From an uncultured Gemmatimonadales bacterium (GTDB taxonomy: Bacteria > Gemmatimonadota > Gemmatimonadetes > Gemmatimonadales > GWC2-71-9): a stretch of 64,000 bases of DNA. A program made the position numbers and the translations under genes. The stretch is taken from the NCBI GenBank assembly GCA_963844035.1, contig CAWJMT010000003.1, forward strand, positions 224,001 through 288,000. The letters are read 5' to 3'. The notes under the pieces were generated by a model. It was given only the letters and a program-made list of their open reading frames with translations, was not told where the DNA came from and ran no database searches. Positions 1-10,792 of this stretch are shown piece after piece. Positions within the stretch are counted from its first letter, which is position 1; every line of letters begins with the position of its first letter.

Positions 1-497
1 ACTACGATCACTCGCCCCGCCCGGCGCAGCGCCTCGCCTTCGAAGCCCAGCTCGCGCTCGCGGCGGAGCTGGGGAAGCCGGTCGTGGTGCACGCGCGCGA
101 GGCCGACGACGATGTCGCGGCGCTGCTGCGTGACACGCGGGCGACCGTCGTGCTGCACTCCTTCAGCTCCGGGCCCAAAGTGTTCGAGGCGGGATTGGCC
201 GCCGGGGCCTACTTTTCCTTCAGCGGCATGATCACGTTCAAAAGTTGGAGTGCCCGGGAGGTGCTGACCGCCTGCCCGCCCGACCGCCTCCTGGTGGAGA
301 CCGACGCGCCGTACCTCGCGCCCGTGCCGCACCGTGGCCAGCGCAACGAGCCGGCGTTCGTGCGCGACGTGGCGCTCGCGCTGGCCAACGCGCGCGGGGT
401 CGTGCTGGAGGAGATCGTGCGGCAAACCACGGAGAATGCGCAGCGGGTGTTCGGGGCGCGCGTGGCCGCGGTGCTCCCCGGGCAAGCGCCGACGTGA
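1..497 (+). CDS. tatD: TatD family hydrolase (5' truncated by window)
   Basis: Frame from base 3 reads YDHSPRPAQRLAFEAQLALA..KPVVVHARE..VLHSFS..FSFSGMITF..LLVETDAPYLAP..RNEP, all TatD motifs. Confidence 0.93.
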   Translation, partial: YDHSPRPAQRLAFEAQLALAAELGKPVVVHAREADDDVAALLRDTRATVVLHSFSSGPKVFEAGLAAGAYFSFSGMITFKSWSAREVLTACPPDRLLVETDAPYLAPVPHRGQRNEPAFVRDVALALANARGVVLEEIVRQTTENAQRVFGARVAAVLPGQAPT

Positions 498-537
498 TCA
501 TGGCGAACACGCACTATCCTATCGAGGGATTGTCCTA

Positions 538-930
538 ATGAAACCGAACGAATTGCGCCTGGTGGCGGCTGAGGGGGCTCCCAAAGCCATCGGTCCTTAC
601 AGCCAAGCGGTGATTGTGGACGGCACGATCTACCTGGCGGGCCAGATCGCGCTCGACCCCACGACCAACGAAGTGGTCGGGAAGACCACCGCGGAGCAGA
701 CGGACCGCGTGCTCAAGAATCTCGCCGCGGTGCTGACGGCCGCGGGCTCGGGGTTCAACCGGGTCGTCAAGACCACCGTGTACCTGATCGACATGGCGGA
801 TTTCCCCGCCATGAACGAGGTGTACGCGCGCCACTTCGTGGGTCATAAGCCGGCCCGCGCGACCATTCAAGCGGCGGCGCTGCCGAAAGGCGTGCGGATC
901 GAAATCGACGCGATCGCGCGCGCCGGGTAG
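538..930 (+). CDS. ridA: RidA/YjgF/UK114 family reactive-intermediate deaminase
   Basis: APKAIGPYSQAV, YLAGQI, MNEVY, PARATIQAAALPKGVRIEIDAIA; ATG at 538. Confidence 0.93.
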   Translation: MKPNELRLVAAEGAPKAIGPYSQAVIVDGTIYLAGQIALDPTTNEVVGKTTAEQTDRVLKNLAAVLTAAGSGFNRVVKTTVYLIDMADFPAMNEVYARHFVGHKPARATIQAAALPKGVRIEIDAIARAG

Positions 931-942
931 GGCGACTTTCGG

Positions 943-1036
943 GGGGGCGGCTCTGTCCTGGTGGACGGACTAGTCTTCAAAACTAGCTGGGGTCCTAACG
1001 GACCTCGGTAGGTTCGATTCCTACACGCTCCCGCCA
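943..1036 (+). tRNA. selC: tRNA-Sec (anticodon UCA)
   Basis: 94 nt; 8-position acceptor GGGGGCGG/ACGCTCCC (one G.A), 6-bp D-stem CTGTCC-TGGT-GGACGG, anticodon arm CTAGT-CTTCAAA-ACTAG, long variable arm GGGGTCC-TAAC-GGACCTC, T arm GTAGG-TTCGATT-CCTAC, G discriminator + CCA. Confidence 0.95.
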
Positions 1037-1047
1037 GGCCCGCGTCG

Positions 1048-1409
1048 CTACACCCCGCACCGCGCAAACTCGGGCGGATGCGGCGCCCCATAGGGCACGT
1101 CCACGCCGAGCAGATCGTGCAGCATCTCGTGCTGTACCGTTGCCTTGAGGTTGACGCGGAGTACGAAGGGGACAACGTAGATCGCGTGGCGCGCCTGCCA
1201 CCGTCCCAGGACCCGCGGTCCGAGGTCCGGTGAGACTTTCCACTGCACCGCATCGAATGCGCCCGCCCGATGCGCACACGCTTCCATCGTCGACCCACCA
1301 GCCGCGCCACTCCGCCGGGGGAACGAACCGCTCTCCCGGGAATGACCGCCTCTGTGGGTAGGTAGCATCCGTACAGCAGCAGAATCAGTAAGACGCGCGC
1401 GACGGTCAC
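1048..1409 (-). CDS. Small putative lipoprotein with HExxH motif (frameshifted)
   Basis: N-terminus MTVARVLLILLLYGC (lipobox-like) in one frame; C-terminal part MEACAH..VQW..VQHEMLHDLL..HPPEFARCGV in another frame. Confidence 0.55.
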
Positions 1410-2200
1410 ATGAGGGGTTCCTTACGTCTAGACGCTGGCGCTCCCAGTCGCGGTTGCTCAACTCCCAATCGCTTCCTTCAACGCAGAGCGCGGCGGCGTA
1501 GCCCGGAGCGACGTTCAGCTCGCGCAGACACCAATCGCCCGGGTGCGTCTTGAGCGGCGCCACCAGCTTGGGAGCGCCGCCCTCGAACCCAATCTCGAAG
1601 CTGTTGAGCGGCTGCGTAAGGCCGAGGCCGAGCGCCTTCAGGTACGCCTCCTTGAGCGTCCACAGGCGGGTGAAGATGTGTGGTCGCTCGGCGGGCGAAT
1701 GGGCCAGAATGATGCTCCGCTCGCCGGGTGCGAAGAACTTCTCGGCAATCGCGGGATGCGCCGTGCGGGAGTCGATCTCTTCCAAGTCCACCCCGAGCGC
1801 ACGACCCGCCGAAAAGGCGAACAGGGCGCGCTCACCCGAGTGCGCCAGGTTGAATCGCAGTGCCCGTCCCCCGCGACGCCCGTTCGGCCGGACCAAGTCG
1901 GGCTTGCCGTGCGGTCCGGCGACGAACCGCAGCTCGGTCGGCGACACGGCGAGATAGGTCGCCAGCAGGACGCGCAGCACGCCGTGCGCGGCGGCAAACC
2001 GCTCTCGGTCGCGCTCACTGCGGTACTGCTCGGCCTGTGCGCGTTCCTCCTTGTTGAGCAGCGCCCATAGATCGCGGCGCGCGTGGTCGGACAGTGCCAG
2101 GGAGCCCTGCCACACGTGCACCTGCCGATGCCCCAGGGCCACGGGGCGAGTCGACGGGCGCTCGCTGCCCGTCGTCGCCTGACCGATTGCCAGATTCGAT
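1410..2200 (-). CDS. Sfp-type 4'-phosphopantetheinyl transferase (start and stop uncertain)
   Basis: GPHGKP, LRFNLAHSG, LGVDLE, FTRLWTLKEAYLKALGLGL motifs inside ORF 1048..2262. Confidence 0.88.
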
Positions 2201-2419
2201 CGCAAGCTGCTGACTCCGTGTCGTGAGTACGCCAGGAACGGAAGCAAGTTGGACGCCGCCAAGGAGCCGGGGGTGGGCCCGATATTGCGTGCCGATAAGC
2301 CTTTGAACCACAGGGACCTATGGACTAGGCACTAGACGCGGCGAAGGTGCACTGCCGGGTGATTGGTGTTGCGGGGCCGCTACAAGGAACGGTGCTGCGA
2401 CGTACGTTAGACGGGTGCT

Positions 2420-2746
2420 ATGGCTCGCCTGATCCGTCTCCTCTTCGGACTTGCCCTCGTGGCCGCGGTCCTCGCCGCGGCCTCATGGTCGGTTGCGCTC
2501 CACCGGGTGAACGTCCTGCTCGGCGACCCGCCGCCCCAGCTTGGGAAGCACGAGACGACGTTTCTGTGGGATGGCATGCCGCAGCTCCAGGGCCAGCCCC
2601 GCGCGTGGCGCTTCGCGTTTGGGCCGACCGCGATCCAAGGGGCGCCCTACGTCCGCATCTACGTCTCGCCCCTCGGGAAGGTCGTGCTGACGGAGCCCTC
2701 CGATCTCGCCGCTCGCGTCAAGGTGTTTCACAGCACCGGCTACTAA
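2420..2746 (+). CDS. Hypothetical protein with N-terminal TM/signal segment
   Basis: 108-aa ORF with hydrophobic N-terminus; no recognisable motif. Confidence 0.6.
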   Translation: MARLIRLLFGLALVAAVLAAASWSVALHRVNVLLGDPPPQLGKHETTFLWDGMPQLQGQPRAWRFAFGPTAIQGAPYVRIYVSPLGKVVLTEPSDLAARVKVFHSTGY

Positions 2747-2762
2747 GACCCTCGCAGCGCCG

Positions 2763-4959
2763 CTACTTCCCGCCTAGCTCCGTCACAATGCGAGTTGCCC
2801 CGTACGGGGTGCGCAGCGCCGCGAGAATCCCGCGCACATCCACGGACATGGACCGCGCCCGCTTCGTCGGTATACATGAATTCACCGGGCAGGGACTCGA
2901 CGTTGCCGTCGAAAATCAGGCCGACCACTTCGAGCTTGCGGTTCAAGAGCGGCGAGCCCGAGTTGCCGCCGATAATGTCGTTGGTCGAGACGAGGTTGAG
3001 GGGCGTACCCAGGTCGAGGCCTGCGGGCGGCCGCCGCCAGCGCGTCGGCAAATTCCAGGGCGACCTTCCACCCACCGCCGCGGCGCGCTCGTACACACCG
3101 TAGAAGGTGGTGAAGGGTGGTGCCCAGGTCCCGTTGTAGGGGTAGCCGGCGACACGGCCGTCGGCGAGGCGCAGCGTGAACGTCGCGTCCGGAGGTAGCG
3201 TGCGACCGTACACATCGAACCGCGCGCGCCCCAGCCGGGCCGCCAGGTTGTCGGCGCGCGCCGACAGCCCGCGGGCACGGTCCCGCAGCGGCGCGGTCAC
3301 CGGCGTCACGCGCCGCACGTAGGCGATCGCGGCATCGTTCGAGGTCGCCACGTTCTCTCCCAGCACAGCGGCGACCTGCGCCGAGTCGGCGAGCCGCGTG
3401 TGGGCCAGCAGATCCGCGGCCGCGGCCTCGGGGGTGCGGCCCGCGAGAATCCGCGACGACGAGGGTATCCCGCGCGCCGAGTCCCCGGATGAGATCGCCG
3501 ATCTGCGCCGCCACGAGCTGCCGCTCGAGTGCGGGCGGTTTGTCGCCGATCAGCGACAGGGCGTGCCGCAGCTGCGCGAGCTGCGGCCTCCGGGGCGCCA
3601 CCGGCTTGCGCGTTGGCGTAGCGAATCGCGAGCGTCGCCCGGCCCAGCGTCGCCGAGCCGATCTCGGGGCTCGAGAGGAAGCCGTACACCCGCGGGCCGA
3701 TCGCGGTCAGGTCACGCGAGACCGACGGCAATGGAGTCGATGAGGGTCGCCTGGGCGGCGAGCTGCCGGCCGCTGCTGCAGCTGGGCGCGGAACGCGGCC
3801 TCGCCCGCGGCGCGCCGCCCGAACAGCACCGGGTCGCGCAGCCCGGCGAGCTGTCCTTCTTCGGCCTTGAGCGAATTGGCGTACGAGAAGATCTGCGTCC
3901 GGATGCGGCGCGACGCCGCCACGGCCGGCTGCTCCCGCTCGAACGCTTCGAGCGCGGCGATCCGGCTCTTGTAGATCCCCACGATCGTCGGGATCCGCAC
4001 GTCGCGGGCGTACGCGAGCTGCGCCACCGTCTCGAGCCGGCTGGTCGAGCCGGGATTGCCCACGACGAATACGGGGTCGCCATCGGCCGCGCCGGCCTTG
4101 CTCATCGGGAAGTAGTCCGGCGTCGCGAGCGGGCGGCCGGAGGCGTCGTACACGCGATAGATCGAGAAATCCAGGTTGTAGCGGGGGTAGGTGAAGTTGT
4201 CGTCGTCGCCGCCGAAGTAGCCCATCCCCAGCTCGGGCACCATCACCAGCCGGACGTCGTCGTAGCGCTGATAGGTGTAGGCGGAGTATTCGGCGCCCTG
4301 ATAGAGCGTCACCACCTGGACGCGGATCGTCGAGTCGTTCGCCGCCGCGCCGAGCCGCTCCTCGAGCCCCTCGATCGCCTGTTCACGCGCCTGCGCGATG
4401 GCCTGGTCGCCGGTCACGCCCTTGAGCGCGCTCTCGATCTCGGCCGTTACGTCCGGCGATCGAGAGCAGCCGCTCGACGAACAGGTCCGGCACCTTCCGC
4501 TCGTCCTTCTCGGTGGCGGCGTAGAACCCGGTCGAGTCGAAGTTCTCCCCGGGCGCAGCACGCCGCCGGTGTTTTGCCGCGAGCAGTGGTGGTTGGTCAG
4601 GACCAGGCCGCGCGACGAAACGAACGATGCCGAGCAGTAGGTCCCGAAGCGCAGGGCGCCCAGCCGCGCGCGGGCGAGCCACGCGGAGTCGGGCCGGAAC
4701 CCGTAGGCCTCCTGGAAGTAGTCGAGCGGCGGATGATCGAAGGTCCACATCTTCCCCCCGTCGAACCGTCCGGGCCGGAGCGCGGCCGAGTCGAACACGG
4801 GCGCGGACGCGGGCGCGGCTGCCGGCGCGCCGCCGGAGCGGCCGGCGCGGGCGCTGCGGCACGCGGCTGCGGGGCGGGGGTCGCGACCTGGGCCGGACGC
4901 GAGCAGGCCCCGAGGGCGAGAAGCAGGAGCGAACCGATCGACAGCGACGCACGACGCAT
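2763..4959 (-). CDS. S46 family dipeptidyl peptidase, lipoprotein (multiple frameshifts)
   Basis: Lipobox LALGAC; GKMWTFD, CSASFVS..GLVLTNHHC, FGGDDDNFTYPRY, GNPGSTSR, PDATFTLR, DIIGGNSGSPLLN..GLIFDGN across several frames. Confidence 0.88.
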
Positions 4960-5081
4960 ATTGACCCTTGTGGGCGGAGGGCTGAAGCTAACTTTAGAAC
5001 CGCGGCTGCGAAACCGCCGGACGGCCGCCCGCGTATGGCGGGCAGCAGCGGCGGCGACTTACAACGCAGGGGGGTGCGCTC

Positions 5082-6134
5082 ATGGACCTGAAGGCGTTCT
5101 GGCTCGGCTGGCGGAAGGACATCGCCCGGTTTGTCGCCCTGTGTCTGGCAGCGCTCGCGGTCGGTCTGATCATCAACCGCGCCAAGGCGCGAGCCGGCGA
5201 ACATCTCACCCACATGCTCCCAACCGGGAGCCTCGATGGTCTCGACGCCGATCTGGATTTCGATGCGCCCTCCGGCCCGCGCCACAGCGACGAACCTGGA
5301 CCTATCGCGCGCGCCTTCGAGCCCAGGGCAGGCGGTGTGGGTGCGGGATCTACGCGGGTCGATCGCCGTGGAGGCGGAACGGGGCGAGTCCCTCGAAGTC
5401 GTGGCGGTCAAGGAATTTTCCGACTCCGATCCTGCGAGCGTCCGTATCGTCGCGGTGCCCACACAGGACGGCGTCGCGATCTGCGCGTTGTGGGGCGACG
5501 CGTGCCGGCCGTTGCGGCCGCCGAGGATGAATACAAGGCGGGCATGCACACGATAACGACGTTGGGGTTGAGTTCACCGTGAAGCTCCCGCGCGGCGTGG
5601 CGATCCACGCCACCACCGTCACCGGCGACGTCACGATTGTCGGGAGCGACCGCTCCGGTGGTCGCGGGAACCGTGGATGGCGACGTCGATGCCGAAACCG
5701 CTGGTGGGCCCGTGCGCGCCTTGAGTGTCAACGGGGACGTACGGGCGGCCGTACACGGGTTCGCCGACACCGGCGCGGTGAAAGTGACGACGGTGAACGG
5801 CTCCGTGGCGCTCGAGCTTCCCGCCGATGTCGATGCGACGGTGAGCGCCCAAACGGTCAACGGTGATATCACAAGTGATTTCCCCTTGACCGCACGCAAA
5901 AAATTCTTGCACCACGCCAACGGTGTGATCGGCGCCGGCGGGCGCCGTGTTGAACTGAACGCCGTTAACGGGTCCGTCCACCTGACTCGGGGCACTTCCC
6001 GCACCGCGGCCCGACCCCCGCGCCCACCCTCACCCCCTCACCCCCTCACCCCCCTCACCCCCGAGCCCTCCGTCTCGTTCGCCCTGACGCTGATGGGCGC
6101 AGCGTGCCCAGAATCCCTATACTGTAGGCTCTGA
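5082..6134 (+). CDS. DUF4097/adhesin-like beta-strand repeat protein (frameshifted)
   Basis: N-terminal TM; repeated TV(N/D/T)GDV, SVNGDV, TVNGSV, AVNGSV motifs. Confidence 0.75.
6026..6062 (+). repeat. 8-mer tandem repeat (CCCTCACC) x4
   Basis: ccctcacc ccctcacc ccctcacc (c)ccctcacc at the 3' end of the DUF4097 gene. Confidence 0.75.
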
Positions 6135-7025
6135 TCCACGCGCACGTCATTGTAAATCCCGCGGCCGGCAACGGCGCCGGCCGCAAGGTCGCAGACCGGG
6201 TGGTTCGTGCCTTCCGGGCGCAGGGCTGGTCGGTGGAGCTCGAGCGCACCGACAGTCCGGGACACGGCGCCGTGCTCGCCGCTCAGGCAGTGCAGCGCGG
6301 CGCCCAGCACATCGTGGCGGTTGGCGGCGACGGCACCGTGCACGATGTGGCGAACGGGATGTTGCGACACGCCACGACGGCCGTACTGGGAGTCGTTCCG
6401 GTGGGTACCGGAAACGACTTCGCGAAGCTGGTCGGCGTGTACCGCCACGACCCGGTCCGAGCGGTCGCCCGGCTGGTGGGCGCGCGGGCCCAGCGGTTCG
6501 ACGTGGGGCAGGTGGGCGACGAGTACTTCGTCAACAGCATGGGTGTCGGCTTCGGGCCCGAAGTGCTGCGCGTCCGCGCCGCGGGCCCCGCCCGCTCCGG
6601 GTGGCTGGTCGTACGTGACTCCGGTGCCGAAGGCGTTCCTCGGATTCCGGGCGCCGGAGTTCGAAGTGACCGCCGCGGAACACGGCGAGCGGGGACGGAT
6701 AATGATGGTGGAGGTGTGTAACGGCACCACCGCGGGCGGCGCGTATCGGTTCGCGCCGGCGGCAGATCCCGCGGACGGCTACCTCGATGTGTGCATCGTG
6801 CGGCGCGTCTCGTTACCGCGGTTCCTCATGGCGATTCCGCGGGTCATGCGTGGTACCCAGGCCGGTATGAAGGAGATCAAGATGTTTCGGACTCGTGAAG
6901 TGACGCTGCGCGCGGCCGAGGCACCCCTCCTCCTGCATCTGGATGGCGAGCTGCGTGCTCCCGGGGTGCAGCAGTGCACGGTGAGCGTTGCCGCGGGCCG
7001 GCTGAACGTTCTGGTGGCTTCATGA
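6131..7025 (+). CDS. Diacylglycerol/lipid kinase family protein (YegS/DgkB-like; frameshift ~6610)
   Basis: VIVNPAAGNG, VAVGGDGTVHDVANG, PVGTGNDFA, FVNSMGVGF, NGTTAGG, DGYLDV, HLDGE. Confidence 0.88.
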
Positions 7026-7507
7026 AGGCGGGAAGGCGGGAGGGCGGGAGGGCGGGTACGTCCGCTGGGGCGCTGGCTTTGTTGCTGATTGGCTTCCCGC
7101 CGTCCCGCCTTCCCGCCCAGAAGCCCGCACCGGTCGCCGCCACCGCACCAGTCGCCGCCAAGCGCGTCAACCCCGTGGGCGCATGTATCCGATCGCTCTT
7201 GATCCCGGGATGGGGTCAGGCCCAGACCGGGCGCAACGTCGAAGGCGCGCTGTTCGTGGTGGTCGAGGGCGTCGCGGCCATGATGACGGTGCGGGCGGTG
7301 CAGGAGAAGAAGTACCTGGAAGCCACCGGCTCACAGTCGCTCGACGACAAGAACCAGCAGATCCAGGACTGGGCGGTGCTGTGGGGCTTCAATCATTTGT
7401 TCGCGGCCGCCGAGGCGTACGTCGCGGCCCACCTGATGGACTTCCCGAAGGAGCTGAAGATCCGCGCGATCCCCCGCGGTATCGGGGTCAGTCTCCCCCT
7501 GCCGTGA
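7022..7507 (+). CDS. Secreted/membrane protein, DUF5683-like
   Basis: Signal peptide ending LPA|Q; SLLIPGWGQ, TM segment, NHLFAAAEAYVAAHL; ATGA overlap with the kinase gene. Confidence 0.65.
   Translation: MKAGRREGGRAGTSAGALALLLIGFPPSRLPAQKPAPVAATAPVAAKRVNPVGACIRSLLIPGWGQAQTGRNVEGALFVVVEGVAAMMTVRAVQEKKYLEATGSQSLDDKNQQIQDWAVLWGFNHLFAAAEAYVAAHLMDFPKELKIRAIPRGIGVSLPLP
7025..7117. repeat. Inverted 8-mer tandem repeat hairpin inside signal-peptide coding region
   Basis: (A[A/G]GGCGGG)x4 at 7025-7056 and ([T/G]TCCCGCC)x3 at 7094-7117. Confidence 0.8.
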
Positions 7508-8243
7508 CCCCGTGGGGCTCGAATTGTCGTAGCTCGACCATGTCGCCCGTCACCACCGCGTAGCGGTACCCGTCCAGCCAGGCACCGGGATTGAAGTACG
7601 CCCGCCCGTCGGGCAACCGCTCGAGCGCGCACCGGTGCGTGTGCGCCAGGATCACGAGCTCCAGATCGGCGCGCCGCGCGAGCAGGTCTCGGGCGAACTG
7701 CGCCTGCGCCTGCGCCGCGCGGTCGAGCACCCCCGCGTCGCGCGTGTGATTGCCCAGCCGCCGCGACAGCGTGTCGGCGAGCGGAAACCCCAGATCGGGG
7801 TGCAGCGCCCGGAACAGTGCGATCGTGGCCGGGTGCCGCGTGAGACGGTGCATCAGCTTCGCCGCCCAGTGCTGCTCGGTCAGCCCGTCGCCGTGCGCCA
7901 CGAACGCACGGCGCCCGGCGATCTCCAGGTCCGCCTGCCCGGCGTAAAACGCGATCCCCAGGTCCCGCGTGAAAAACGTGCCACCCCACCGGTCATGGTT
8001 GCCGCCCACGAAGGTGATCGGGATGCCACTGCGCCGCAGCTCGTGCAGGCGGGCGATGGTTTCGAAATGCCGCCGCGGGATGGCGGCGCCGTATTCGAAC
8101 CAGAAGTCGAACAGGTCTCCGTTGATGAGCAGCGCGTCGCCGAGATCGGGCACGGCGGCCAGAAACGCGTGAAACGTTCCCGCCGCGGGCGAATCGACCT
8201 GGCCCAGGTGGGCATCGGCAACAACGACGACGCGGGAAGGCAT
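7488..8243 (-). CDS. lpxH: UDP-2,3-diacylglucosamine diphosphatase (LpxH-like metallophosphoesterase)
   Basis: ADAHLG, NGDLFDFW, GGNHD, AHGD, AHTH, NPGAW motifs. Confidence 0.85.
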   Translation of the reverse strand: MPSRVVVVADAHLGQVDSPAAGTFHAFLAAVPDLGDALLINGDLFDFWFEYGAAIPRRHFETIARLHELRRSGIPITFVGGNHDRWGGTFFTRDLGIAFYAGQADLEIAGRRAFVAHGDGLTEQHWAAKLMHRLTRHPATIALFRALHPDLGFPLADTLSRRLGNHTRDAGVLDRAAQAQAQFARDLLARRADLELVILAHTHRCALERLPDGRAYFNPGAWLDGYRYAVVTGDMVELRQFEPHGVTAGGD

Positions 8244-8331
8244 TACGGCCCAAGCTAGGAATCACGACACAGGGCCGCAAGCGCCTGTCGCATTTGACTT
8301 TTCACAATTCCGCGTCGAAGTTGCCCGAGCC

Positions 8332-8748
8332 GTGATCAGCTCGACCACCGTGCGCGTGAACTACTCCGAAACCGACCAGATGGGTGTGGTCTATCACGCC
8401 AACTACCTCATCTGGTTCGATCGCGCCCGCACCGAGTTGATGCGCGATACCGGACTGACCTACCGCGCGTTGGAGCAGCAGGGCGTGTACCTCGCCGTGT
8501 CGCAGGTCAAGGTCCGCTATCGCGCCCCGGCGCGCTACGACGATCTGCTGCGCATCCGGTGCTGGGTGCGCGAGCTGCTCTCACGCCAGGTGACATTCGG
8601 GTACGCGGTGGAGCACACGGAAACCAATGCGTTGCTCGCCACCGCCGAGACGGCGCTCATCGCACTCACGCACCAGCACACTCTCGCGCGGATACCCCAG
8701 CATGTTCGCGATCTCCTCACGCCGATTCCGGATCCCGTGCGTCTGTAG
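8332..8748 (+). CDS. Acyl-CoA thioesterase, YbgC/FadM (4HBT) family
   Basis: VRVNYSETDQMGVVYHANYLIWFDRARTE, YRAPARYDD. Confidence 0.9.
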   Translation: MISSTTVRVNYSETDQMGVVYHANYLIWFDRARTELMRDTGLTYRALEQQGVYLAVSQVKVRYRAPARYDDLLRIRCWVRELLSRQVTFGYAVEHTETNALLATAETALIALTHQHTLARIPQHVRDLLTPIPDPVRL

Positions 8749-10764
8749 CGGCGCGCTGCTCGCGGCCGGCCTGGTGTTGGGCCGGTCGCTGGCCGCGCAG
8801 CTGCCGGACGAAACGCTTGTCGGCGAGTTGGCGCGCCTGCTCGCCGCCACCGATGCACGGGTGTTGGATGCGTCGCTGCTCGAGACCGCACTGCGCAGCG
8901 CGGACCGCGGCGTGCGCCGCCAGGCGGCGCTGGCCGCCGGACGCATCGGCGACCCGGCGGCGGTGGCGCTGCTGCTTCCCGCGCTCGCCGACTCCGACGC
9001 GACGGTGCGGGCGAATGCGGCGTTCGCCCTTGGCCTGCTCAAGAGCAGCAGCGCGGTGTCCGCCCTGGTCGAGCTGGTGCGCGCCGTTCCGTCGGGCGAG
9101 CAGGACGCGCCCCAGGTGGAAGCAGCAATGGCACTGACCCGGATCGGCGGGGCAGAGGCGGGTCGCGCGCTGCACGACATCCTTGGCAACGGCACGACGC
9201 CGGGCGTCGCCACGCCACGCGCGGTGAGCGCGGCGCTGGTCGCGGTATGGCGGCTCGAGGACCGGGGCTTCGTGGGCTCGATCACCGGGTATGCCGAAGA
9301 TCCCGATCCCGTCGTACGCTGGCATGCCCTGTACACGTTGGGTCGCCTCGGCGCCCCCAAGGGAGCCGCGACGCTGGTTGGCGGGCTGCGGGACCCGGAT
9401 CCGCGCGTGCGCGCCGTTGCGGCGCGCGGGCTGACGCGCGCGCTGCTCGACAGCGCCCGTATTCAGTGGAAGAGCGTGGCGGACGCGCTCCAACCGCTGC
9501 TCACCGACACGGCGAGCGCGGTGCGCGTCAACGCGCTGCGTGCCCTGGCCGCTGTGGGCGACAGCAGTGTGGCGGCGAGCGTGACCTCACACGTCGCCGA
9601 CCTCGATATCAACGTCGCCGTGCAGGCCGAAACGACGTTGGGCGTGCTGGGTGGTAGCAGCGGCCGTCGCGGCCCTCGCGGCACGAGCGCAGAGCCCCGT
9701 CTTTGCCTTGCGGCGGCAGGCCATCATCGCCCTGGCACAGGCTGACCGCGCGGCGGGCGTGGCCGCTGCCGCGGGCGTCGCGGCCGATGCCGATTGGCGC
9801 TGGCGCTCGGTTGCCGCCGAGGCGTTCGGTGCGGCGCGCGAGCGCGACCGGCTGGAAGGCCAGCTCGCCGATCCCGACGGACGAGTCGTGGCGCAGGCAC
9901 TGCAAGCGTTGGGGCGCGTCGTTCCTGTACCCGATACCGCGCTGGCGCGCCGCGCCCGGGCGCTGCTCGAGCACGCCGATCCCGCGGTGCGCAGTGTCGC
10001 CGCTGACCTGCTCGCGAGCCAGCCCGTGATCGCTGATGTCGACGTGCTGATCGCCGCGTACGGCCGCGCGACGGGCGACCCGTTCAACGACGCTCGTCTC
10101 TCGGCGGTGGCTGCCCTCGGAGCGATCGCGCGCACCAGCGCCGAGGCAAGGCTGCGAGGTCGCCACCCGTTTCGTGGGCGTGGTGCCCCGGCCCGACGAC
10201 TTCCTGGTCCGCCGGCTCGCCACCGAGCGTCTGCCCGATGCCGCGGCGCAGTGGGGCCCCGCCGCCCCGATCGCCACCGGCCGCACCGACGCCGACTATC
10301 GCGACGTCGCGCGCCGCTACCTGGCCCCGGCCCTCGCCGGGCAGCCACTGCCGCGGGCGACGATCGAGACTGATCGGGGGACCCTGGTCGTCGAGCTGCT
10401 GTCCGACCAGGCTCCATTGACCGTTGCCGCATTCTTATCCCTTGTCGACCGGCGCTACTTTGACGGATCGCGCTGGCATCGTGCCGTCCCGAACTTTGTG
10501 ATTCAAGACGGGGATCCCCGCGGCGACGGATGGGGTGGTCCCGGGTTCGTGCTCCGCGACGAGGTGAATCCCACGCCCTATCAGACCGGCACTGTCGGGA
10601 TCGCACTCTCCGGGCCCGACACCGGCGGCAGTCAGTTCTTTATTACGCATTCTCCGCAGCCCCGCCTCGACGGCATCTACACGGTGTTCGGACGCGTGGT
10701 CACCGGGTTGCCGGTGCTCGCCGGGATCGCGCAAGGCGACCGGATCCGCAGTATTCATCGGTGA
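8737..10764 (+). CDS. Secreted HEAT-repeat protein with C-terminal cyclophilin PPIase (2-3 frameshifts; start uncertain)
   Basis: Signal peptide ..SLAA|Q; repeated VRxxAAxALG units; C-terminal WHRAVPNFVIQDGDPRGDGWGGPG, GSQFFITH, YTVFGRV. Confidence 0.82.
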
Positions 10765-10792
10765 CATTCACCTTCTCCTTCGGGTTTAACTA

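Noticed and set aside
1048..2262. 404-aa ORF suggesting a PPTase-HExxH fusion
   Set aside because: The linker is out-of-frame sequence over a separate lipoprotein start at 1409; best explained by indels joining two genes.
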